Of a DNA stretch of 64,000 nucleotides, positions 31,051-40,225 are shown piece after piece. Source of the DNA: Octopus vulgaris (taxonomy: Eukaryota); NCBI GenBank assembly GCA_951406725.2, contig OX597818.1, forward strand, positions 33,046,001 to 33,110,000, in the 5' to 3' direction. Within the stretch, counting starts at the first letter, position 1, and every line of letters begins with the position of its first letter. A program made the position numbers and the translations under genes. The notes under the pieces are model-generated. The model made no database searches and had not been told where the DNA came from. It saw only the letters and a program-made list of their open reading frames with translations.

Positions 31051-32189
31051 GCCATATTTACTTCGTCCTAAAGCATCCTAATAAGGGAAAACTGCATAGT
31101 CTTCCCAAAGGATAATAAAATCTAATACCTCTGTAGCTTTAAATGCGAAGGTCATGCTTCCATAGTGTCTCTACATCTTCCTATTCGAGGAGTAATATAA
31201 AATAACACGATGACAGAGAATCGTTTCAGTACGTATATCAACGAGGAAATTATTTAATATGACATGTCTTTGTGGCATCCTTTTGATTTAGAGTTTAATA
31301 CATTGCAATTCTTTCGGTAAAAGAACAATTTTTCGTTTGTTTATTATTGTCATGACAATCAGTAGACTTCTGAGTGACTTGATATCTTTAGAGTATTTTC
31401 AGAAAACCTCATTGCTAATGATTTATCTACCAGCCGATATTAGCTTACCCAAGTACTGAAGTTCTGTAGTAGCAAAGCACTTGCTGAGGAATATGAAAAT
31501 CTTCACTATATATCTCACCGAATTACAAAACTTTATATTATAATTATCGTTACGTAATTTTTAAAGGACTGAACGGTATGGAACAATGCGCCCATTGTCT
31601 ATTTTAATCACCCTCTTCTAATATTAAGTGCGGTTTGAAATCCACCTCTATCTGGTTTCTTTCGACAACATGAAGTATGTTAGCTTTGGATTGTTTACTT
31701 CTTTTCTAGCACTATTAGCAAATGAATTAAGAATCATCCCATTTCTCTCAAGTGAGTTACACAAACTATCATGAATATATGATACGACTCTGTCTCATTG
31801 GTTCACCACTATGCAATGAGCCTGAAGATGAATCCAGCTAAGATTGAGTTAAGCCAAGCTTGCAGAGCAGGAAAGGGGTCCAAACCATGTACATAGGAGT
31901 GGACTTCAACCCTGCTCTGTGATCTATTGAAGCGTAGTTAGGCAAAACCCGAATTCTGAGAGGAGGTATCACAATTGTAAATATTTACCAGAATCTTGGA
32001 GTGGCTAGACTGGGAATTCAGTTGCTAACAGAACGAGAGAAATAGCAATAAGAATAATTCCGCAGAGATGCTATCAGTGTTTTAACAAAAATAATCAGTC
32101 CTCGCCTAAATCTAAAAGCTTGAAGACCACAATTAGAAACCTTTCAAAATATACCTGCTCGAAAAAGGCTGATTTAAGGCTGAATGAGT

Positions 32190-32405
32190 TTTTCTACTAT
32201 AAGCACGAGGTTTGGAATTTTGTGAGACGGTGCTAGTCGATTACATCGACTCCAGTGCTCAACTGATATTTATTTCATCGATCCCGAAAAATGAAAGGTA
32301 AAGTCGGTGGATAGTAAAGGCGGAATTTGAACCCAGAATGTAAAGCCGGAATAAATGTTGCTAAGCATTTTGTCCGGCGAGCAAACGATTCTACCAGCTC
32401 ACCAC
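32190..32405 (-). mobile_element. SINE family B
   Basis: Colinear with 5061-5274. Confidence 0.8.
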
Positions 32406-32412
32406 ATCAGAC

Positions 32413-32634
32413 CTCGTAACGCTTCATGATACTTATAAAAAAAATCTCTGCATTCTATAATGTCAATATTGCAAGGCATCAGAATTTTTTGCTGCTTTTG
32501 GGGAGTTTTTTTGTATTGTTGTTGTAATACCTGTATAACAATAATACAAAAACAGTGTAAATGAATCTGATGCTTTGCAATGTTGACTTTATAGACTGTT
32601 GTGAAGACTTATGAGTCCCACGAAGCGCACCGAG
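32413..32634. repeat. Degenerate inverted repeat (MITE-like)
   Basis: gtcaatattgcaaggcatcaga/tctgatgctttgcaatgttgac plus inner and outer pairings. Confidence 0.75.
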
Positions 32635-33216
32635 ACTTCATGTGAAACTATGACAGGACAATTTATATTCGAGACCCTTAGTTCTTCAACTTATTTGGAC
32701 TGAATGGAAATAGTTGTTTACTATAACAAGAAATATTTTGAAATTTTGATTTTTTAATTTTTCTTACGATTATGTATACAAGTACATATGTCCATATATA
32801 TGGGTGTATATATATACATATATGTAAGTATGTATGTATACAAATTCAAAAACACACATGGCTAAATATATTTATGAACTACTCACCAACTCATACTTCA
32901 CATAAGGACAAACACTGACATAAATGCATACATACAGGCATTCATATATGCATATTGTGAATATTCTTATTGCTATTGTAAGACTGTCAATATTTAGTCA
33001 TCAGCTCAACAGCTCACAATTCTTACCAGCTTGCCAGTTTCCTCTCTACAGAACAGGAAATGAAGTTGAATAACATCATTTATAATATACCTCCGCATTC
33101 CACCATATTTTTTTCTTTTGTCAGTCCCTGAAGAATGGTTTTCATAACGCTTCCTTCCGTTATTTTTTAAATTATATATCCAGCGTCTATTGTATATAAT
33201 CACTGTCATTATTCAC

Positions 33217-33494
33217 TCACCTGTCTTTCAATCTTTTTATCATTGTATATATTTCGGTTACATTTTTGTCCCTTTCTCACTCAGTGTCTATACTCTTTCT
33301 ATATAGCTCTCATTTTTTTTTTTCCTAATTTTCACCCTCTCTCCTGCGCCTCTCCTCCTCTAATTTCATCACTTTCCACATTCATTGGTACTTTGAATAG
33401 ATTATTAAATTATACATTTTACGCATGAATGTTTTGTAAAAAAAAAAAGAAAACACGTAAACATTTGTAAGAAAGTATATTTATTAGACCACTC
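33217..33494 (+). repeat. Donor copy of a ~280-bp local direct duplication
   Basis: tcacctgtctttcaatc...ttattagaccactc is repeated at 34255-34535 with small indels. Confidence 0.95.
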
Positions 33495-34254
33495 ATGCAT
33501 GGAAATCGAACTGAATGCATGCAGGTCCCCATTCCTAGATAGCCTGGTGGCTTGTAATTAAGAATGATGAAAATATGTCGATGATGATGATGATGATGTT
33601 TCATGATGATGATGTTTCATGATGATGAGGATGATGGTGATGATGATGATGATGATGATGATGATGACAGTGACGATGATGATGATGATGATGATGTTTC
33701 ATTATGATGAGGATGATGGTGATGATGATGATGACGACAGTGACGATGATGATGATGATGATGTGAGTAGGAGGTGAAGATGGAGGCGGACGCGGACTGT
33801 GATGCCGTGGATGGCATGACGTTGCCTCCTACCCTCACTTTCAAGAGCATAAACAATAAAAAAATTAGTTGTAGCAATCATAATTGTCATAATGAAATTG
33901 ATAATGATGATGATGATGATAATGGTGTTGGTGTTGGTGGTGATGGTACGAAATAGCAGCAGCAGCAACAACAACAGCAACATTATTATTGCCATCAGGG
34001 CCATTCATTCACACTATAGAACTTGTTACAAAACAAAAATAATTTACAGAAATTGTGGGGATGCAGTAATATTCATTTGTATGAAAAAGAGAGGTGGGTC
34101 AAATACGTGAATATCTATTAATGCATAGAGATACATATTTCAAAAATTTGGTGCTTATATATACATAGAATAAATGTGTTTCTGCATGTATATATGTGTA
34201 TGCAAATCTTTACTTATACATGCAAGTGTATGTATGTATGTATATATATATATA

Positions 34255-34535
34255 TCACCTGTCTTTCAATCTTTTTATCATTGTATATATTTCTAGGTTA
34301 CATTTTTGTCCCTTTCTCACTCAGTGTCTATACTCTTTCTATATAGCTCTCATTTTTTTTTTTCCTAATTTTCAATCTCTCCTGCGCCTCTTCTCCTCTA
34401 ATTTCATCACTTTCCTCGACATTCATTGGTATTTGAATAGATTATTAAATTATACATTTTACGCATGAATGTTTCGTAAAAAAAAAAGAAAACACGTAAA
34501 CATTTGTAAGAAAGTATATTTATTAGACAGCACTC
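34255..34535 (+). repeat. Second copy of the ~280-bp duplication, fused to the retrozyme 5' junction
   Basis: Begins right after a (TA)n run and ends where the inverted array fragment begins (34536). Confidence 0.95.
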
Positions 34536-34660
34536 CGATAACATAAGGGACTCAGCCATCTGAATATGGCTAGGGACAGAGGCAGGGTGGTGGGGGTGTT
34601 ACTGTTGCATTTAGCCCCAGGCGAACATCGACGTCACCAGAAAGGCTCGACACCGTCACG
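34536..34660 (-). repeat. Inverted partial copy (~125 bp) of the array unit at the 5' end of the array
   Basis: Reverse complement of unit segment 34713-34836 (gtgacggtgtcgagcc...cccttatgttatcg) with only a few differences. Confidence 0.95.
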
Positions 34661-34976
34661 TGTGGTTTCCGCTTCATCGGGGAATTACCTCCCTTTGCAG
34701 GTTAAGGGCACAGTGACGGTGTCGAGCCTTTCTGGTGACGTCGATGTTCGCCTGGGGCTAAATGCAACAGTAACACCCCCACCACCCTGCCCTGTCCCTA
34801 GCCATATTCAGATGGCTTTAGTCCCTTATGTTATCGAGCAGTTACTGTCTATATCTCTCTTAGAGAATTATTATTGCTTTCGAACAGGTTTTCGAAATCA
34901 GCAAATGTATTTTGCTTGAAAATCTATATATGAATATCCTGCAGAGTGAGAATTCGTCGAGGAAGCGGAAGCCTAC

Positions 34977-35022
34977 CACACGCCGACGATAGGCAATACA
35001 CCTTGAAACCATGGTCCGTGTG
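34977..35022 (+). ncRNA. Type I hammerhead ribozyme (unit 1); predicted cleavage after GUC at 35016
   Basis: Stem I cacacg/cgtgtg; core CCGACGA (U4C variant of CUGANGA); stem II agg/cct with loop caataca and U.U at 10.1/11.1; GAAA; palindromic stem III ACCAUGGU; triplet GUC. Confidence 0.85.
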
Positions 35023-35333
35023 TGGTTTCCGCTTCATCGGGGAATTACCTCCCTTTGCAGGTTAAGGGCACCGTGACGGTGTCGAGCCTTTCTGGTGACG
35101 TCGATGTTCGCCTGGGGCTAAATGCAACAGTAACACCCCACCACCCTGCCCTGTCCCTAGCCATATTCAGATGGCTTTAGTCCCTTATGTTATCGAGCAG
35201 TTACTGTCTATATCTCTTAGAGAATTATTATTGCTTTCGAACAGATTTTCGAAATCAGCAAATGTATTTTGCTTGAAAATCTATATATGAATATCCTGCA
35301 GAGTGAGAATTCGTCGAGGTAGCGGAAGCCTAC

Positions 35334-35379
35334 CACACGCCGACGATAGGCAATACACCTTGAAACCATGGTCCGTGTG
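35334..35379 (+). ncRNA. Type I hammerhead ribozyme (unit 2); cleavage after 35373
   Basis: Same motif as 34977-35022. Confidence 0.85.
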
Positions 35380-35693
35380 TGGTTTCCGCTTCATCGGGGA
35401 ATTACCTCCCTTTGCAGGTTAAGGGCACCGTGACGGTGTCGAGCCTTTCTGGTGACGTCGATGTTCGCCTGGGGCTAAATGCAACAGTAACACCCCCACC
35501 ACCCTGCCCTGTCCCTAGCCATATTCAGATGGCTTTAGTCCCTTATGTTATCGAGCAGTTACTGTCTATATCTCTCTTAGAGAATTATTATTGCTTTCGA
35601 ACAGATTTTCGAAATCAGCAAATGTATTTTGCTTGAAAATCTATATATGAATATCCTGCAGAGTGAGAATTCGTCGAGGAAGCGGAAGCCTAC

Positions 35694-35739
35694 CACACGC
35701 CGACGATAGGCAATACACCTTGAAACCATGGTCCGTGTG
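35694..35739 (+). ncRNA. Type I hammerhead ribozyme (unit 3); cleavage after 35733
   Basis: Same motif. Confidence 0.85.
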
Positions 35740-36052
35740 TGGTTTCCGCTTCATCGGGGAATTACCTGCCTTTGCAGGTTAAGGGCACCGTGACGGTGTC
35801 GAGCCTTTCTGGTGACGTCGATGTTCGCCTGGGGCTAAATGCAACAGTAACACCCCCACCACCCTGCCCTGTCCCTAGCCATATTCAGATGGCTTTAGTC
35901 CCTTATGTTATCGAGCAGTTACTGTCTATATCTCTTTAGAGAATTATTATTGCTTTCGAACAGATTTTCGAAATCAGCAAATGTATTTTGCTTGAAAATC
36001 TATATATGAATATCCTGCAGAGTGAGAATTCGTCGAGGAAGCGGAAGCCTAC

Positions 36053-36098
36053 CACACGCCGACGATAGGCAATACACCTTGAAACCATGGTCCGTGTG
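36053..36098 (+). ncRNA. Type I hammerhead ribozyme (unit 4); cleavage after 36092
   Basis: Same motif. Confidence 0.85.
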
Positions 36099-36411
36099 TG
36101 GTTTCCGCTTCATCGGGGAATTACCTCCCTTTGCAGGTTAAGGGCACCGTGACGGTGTCGAGCCTTTCTGGTGACGTCGATGTTCGCCTGGGGCTAAATG
36201 CAACAGTAACACCCCCACCACCCTGCCCTGTCCCTAGCCATATTCAGATGGCTTTAGTCCCTTATGTTATCGAGCAGTTACTGTCTATATCTCTTTAGAG
36301 AATTATTATTGCTTTCGAACAGATTTTCGAAATCAGCAAATGTATTTTGCTTGAAAATCTATATATGAATATCCTGCAGAGTGAGAATTCGTCGAGGAAG
36401 CGGAAGCCTAC

Positions 36412-36457
36412 CACACGCCGACGATAGGCAATACACCTTGAAACCATGGTCCGTGTG
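36412..36457 (+). ncRNA. Type I hammerhead ribozyme (unit 5); cleavage after 36451
   Basis: Same motif. Confidence 0.85.
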
Positions 36458-36771
36458 TGGTTTCCGCTTCATCGGGGAATTACCTGCCTTTGCAGGTTAA
36501 GGGCACCGTGACGGTGTCGAGCCTTTCTGGTGACGTCGATGTTCGCCTGGGGCTAAATGCAACAGTAACACCCCCACCACCCTGCCCTGTCCCTAGCCAT
36601 ATTCAGATGGCTTTAGTCCCTTATGTTATCGAGCAGTTACTGTCTATATCTCTCTTAGAGAATTATTATTGCTTTCGAACAGATTTTCGAAATCAGCAAA
36701 TGTATTTTGCTTGAAAATCTATATATGAATATCCTGCAGAGTGAGAATTCGTCGAGGAAGCGGAAGCCTAC

Positions 36772-36817
36772 CACACGCCGACGATAGGCAATACACCTTG
36801 AAACCATGGTCCGTGTG
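36772..36817 (+). ncRNA. Type I hammerhead ribozyme (unit 6); cleavage after 36811
   Basis: Same motif. Confidence 0.85.
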
Positions 36818-36985
36818 TGGTTTCCGCTTCATCGGGGAATTACCTCCCTTTGCAGGTTAAGGGCACCGTGACGGTGTCGAGCCTTTCTGGTGACGTCGAT
36901 GTTCGCCTGGGGCTAAATGCAACAGTAACACCCCCACCACCCTGCCCTGTCCCTAGCCATATTCAGATGGCTTTAGTCCCTTATG

Positions 36986-37054
<69 letters not shown>

Positions 37055-37161
37055 AGCGGAAATGAAACTTTACTTCTGTAAAATCAGCGACTGTGTGTTT
37101 TCTTGAAATATATACATTGCGAGCAGAAGCGAGGTGCTACCATCTCTAACAGACGAGGTGT

Positions 37162-37212
37162 CTGGTACTGTGGAGTTTCAGATATAGCCCGAAACCAGAA
37201 CTGGTCTACCGG
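37162..37212 (+). ncRNA. Divergent type I hammerhead, probably degenerate
   Basis: Stem I ctggta/taccgg; core CTGTGGA (A6 to U); weak stem II; GAAA; stem III accag-aa-ctggt; GUC ends at 37206. Flanks also pair (ctaccatct/aggtggtag, gcgagg/tttcgc). Confidence 0.7.
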
Positions 37213-37599
37213 TCCTGTCGCTAGAAGGTGGTAGGGTTTCGCACCCCTGCGCACAATTTATCGGATGCAGCTGTCATTAGTCAACCGACCAGAGATGTCC
37301 CTTTGGGGATAAAAAAACCGCAGTTGAGTCCGGTCGAACGAACAGCCATGTTAAATTGGCTACGAATATTAGTTATATGTGGATATATATATATCAAATA
37401 GATGTCTTATAAAACAATAACAGCCATCCTCAGTTGCCCCACGGATATCAGAATGGTTTCGAAACCTGGAGAGTACCATTCAATACGGCACTGTCAACAG
37501 CACTAAAATATGTGTTGCTTCGGAACAAACGTAGATATCACCACATTCATTCAATCTTAATTCTTGGAAGGATTAAACACTAACATTATTAAACACTAC

Positions 37600-37688
<89 letters not shown>

Positions 37689-37802
37689 GTGTGTGTGTGT
37701 GTGTGCGCGTGTGTGGAGAATAAATGTGGCTAACTACTAAGGGTGGTTGCTACTGTAGCTTGTAGCCCCAGGAGAACATCTCCAGCTGGCTATTGACATA
37801 CT

Positions 37803-37899
<97 letters not shown>

Positions 37900-38007
37900 C
37901 GTAAATTCATTGCAGTTACCAGCACTTCCTGCTTGTCTTCAATGTCCTGTTTGTGTTACCTGTTTTGCCTCTCCTTAAAATCCCAAATTTTATTTAATTA
38001 GCTTGGC

Positions 38008-38102
38008 GGGAGCAACAGTTATATCGAAAGCGTATATTGTTGTTAAATGGTCGAAATACGAGACTAGAAAAACAGACAACAACTGATGAAGGCTCGTTCT
38101 TT
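38008..38102 (+). ncRNA. Circularly permuted (type II-like) hammerhead candidate
   Basis: GAAA 38026-29; NUH triplet AUA 38034-36; 8-bp stem I ttgttgtt/gacaacaa abutting CTGATGA 38083-89. Stems II and III are imperfect. Confidence 0.5.
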
Positions 38103-38564
38103 ATTAAGTTTCTTTTGTTTTTCATTTTGTTTTTCATTGTTCATGTTCCACGTACTCGTGCTTCGTACCTTTTTATTATATACGTTTCATGACGTCCTGT
38201 GCCCACGTATGCATATAAATAATGCCAAAAGATACTTGTTTCTCATAGCTGTAGCCTCACAACCATTCTTTCTGTATTCAGTCGATTTTGGGGCCGACCA
38301 AGGACTTGCGAGTAGATTTGGTAGACGGAACCTGAAAGAAACCCGTCGTATATATAATAGATGATGGTGTCGTTGAAACCCAAAGGTGTCAGGTAATGCT
38401 GAATAAGTGCTATAGACAGACCATAGTTAAGTTCCAGATTCGGTAATATTGCGAATAAAGGGAGCAACGTTGGTTCTATGTCAGCGCGTGTATATAAGAA
38501 TTTTTTGCGTAATAATATAAAAAAACCAAGGCTGTATAGATATTAGAGCATTTATAGATAGAAG

Positions 38565-38616
38565 ATCTTACAGCTGTTTCTAGGATATTTATTAATTATA
38601 TCCCTTCATTGGAGAT
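38565..38616 (-). ncRNA. Minimal Penelope-type hammerhead, likely inactive (core CCAAUGA)
   Basis: Reverse complement reads atct-CCAATGA-agggata...tatccta-GAAA-cagctg-TA-agat; G5 is mutated. Confidence 0.55.
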
Positions 38617-38641
38617 GGTGTGAGAGGAAAATTAAGTCATA

Positions 38642-38693
38642 GTCACCGATGAAGGGATAATATTAATTAATATCCTAGAAACAGCTGTAAGAC
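38642..38693 (+). ncRNA. Minimal Penelope-type hammerhead
   Basis: gtca-CCGATGA-agggata...tatccta-GAAA-CAGCTG-TA-agac; palindromic stem III ACAGCUGU; GUA triplet; A.A mismatch at the base of stem I. Confidence 0.6.
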
Positions 38694-38717
38694 CTTCTAT
38701 CTATAAATGGTCTAACA

Positions 38718-38762
<45 letters not shown>

Positions 38763-38774
38763 CATACATCTATA

Positions 38775-38821
<47 letters not shown>

Positions 38822-38925
38822 GCGTATAGATGTATGTACGTATACGTACGTATATATAACAATTTTTTGCGTAATAAGATAAAATACCAAGGCTGTATAG
38901 ATGTTAGACCATTTATAGATAGAAG

Positions 38926-38977
38926 GTCTTACAGCTGTTTCTAGGATATTAATTAATATTATCCCTTCATCGGTGAC
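38926..38977 (-). ncRNA. Minimal Penelope-type hammerhead (inverted copy of 38642-38693)
   Basis: Reverse complement of the same motif. Confidence 0.6.
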
Positions 38978-39004
38978 TATGACTTAATTCTTCCTCTCAC
39001 ACCA

Positions 39005-39054
39005 TCTCCGATGAAGGGATATTATTAAGTAATATCCTAGAAACAGCTGTAAGA
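39005..39054 (+). ncRNA. Minimal Penelope-type hammerhead, best preserved of the four; cleavage after 39051
   Basis: tct-CCGATGA-agggatatt...aatatccta-GAAA-CAGCTG-TA-aga; 3-bp stem I and a long stem II. Confidence 0.65.
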
Positions 39055-40185
39055 CCTTCTATCTATAAATGCTCTAATATCTATACACCCTTGGTTTTTT
39101 TATCTTATTACGCAAAAAATTCTTATATACACGCGCTGACATAGAACCAACGTTGATCCCTTTATTCGCAATATTACCGAATTTGGAACTTAACTATGGT
39201 CTGTCTATAGCACTTATTCAGCATTACCTGTCACCTTTAGGTCTCAACGACACCATTATCTCTTATATATACAATGGGTTTCTTTCAGGTTCCGTCTACC
39301 AAATCCTTGGTCGGCCCCAAAATCGACTAAATACAAAAAGAATGGTTGTGAGGCTACAGCTATGAGAAACAAGTATCTTTTGGCATTATTTAGAACTAAG
39401 AAGGAACGAGGGAAGTGGGGAAATTGTCGTTAATACTCCTGAAGGTTTTTAATATTTTCCGCTAATATTTAATTAAATTCTTTGGATTAGAGAAAAAATG
39501 GCAATTGCCTTAATTACAGATCACTTATTAAAAGCTTAATGAAATTTAGTGGGTTTCTTAGTATGAATGGATTTTGTATTACACATAAATGTAACGAAAC
39601 CTTCTTGAATCATTACCATATTATGTTGATTTCTGCATGAAAATTATTGCGTGAAAAGGCGATGAGACGAAGGAAAAATAAAGGAGGCGAAACAAGTGAA
39701 CATTTTAAATGTGTGAAGTGGGTGTAAAATCTATTGCATACTGTATTTCGTATTTGGAAAATATTCCACGAAAAATTCTTAATTAGAAGTAATCCTCACA
39801 GATTAATAGATCCAAGATATTGAAGTTGGAGTTATTCAATAAGAAAGGAAATATATAATCAAAATTAACTCTGCTAAGTCAGCAAAATTAAAACACACAC
39901 ACATTGCTACTCACACACACGCACACACACACACACATAGTATAGGAAGATAGTTTTATAAATTCGTTAAACCGAAAAGCAATTACGTTAAACCGAATAA
40001 AAATGCAGCTGGATTTGCTCAGGTGACACCGAGGCGAAAAGTGTTTTACCATTGGGTGCTGTGTTGTTTTAATATGTATTTACGATAATTTGCATTTACG
40101 ATAATATTTACGATTAATTATAATTTGGGAATGATATAAATTTGTTTTGACCGATTGTAGCTTTTATTCATTATACTTTTTAATT

Positions 40186-40225
<40 letters not shown>

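Larger units (their letters stand above)
34660..36989 (+). mobile_element. Tandem array (~6.5 units of 357-360 bp), one hammerhead ribozyme per complete unit; non-LTR retrozyme-like element
   Basis: Near-identical direct repeats. The motif gaaaccatggtc|cgtgtg ends its GTC at 35016, 35373, 35733, 36092, 36451 and 36811 (spacings 357, 360, 359, 359, 360). The last partial unit runs into (TA)n at 36989. No consistent ORF. Confidence 0.85.
38216..39392. repeat. Large inverted duplication (arms ~38216-38723 and ~38896-39392), each arm itself containing an inverted module pair
   Basis: taaataatgccaaaagatacttg... at 38216 is the reverse complement of ...caagtatcttttggcattattta ending 39392. The spacer is mostly TA microsatellite. 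Confidence 0.95.

Noticed and set aside
35379-35636. 85-aa ORF (MVSASSGNYLPLQ...) repeated in the array units
   Set aside because: It starts at GTG, is truncated or frameshifted in several units and has no recognisable domain. The in-frame stop also rules out endless rolling-circle translation in that frame.
34660-36989. CRISPR array, or 5S/snRNA/tRNA gene cluster
   Set aside because: There are no variable spacers, the context is eukaryotic, and I recognise no 5S, snRNA or tRNA sequence.
37423-37465. Minus-strand GAAA...CTGAGGA hammerhead-like words
   Set aside because: The segment between the putative cleavage triplet and the core does not form stem I.
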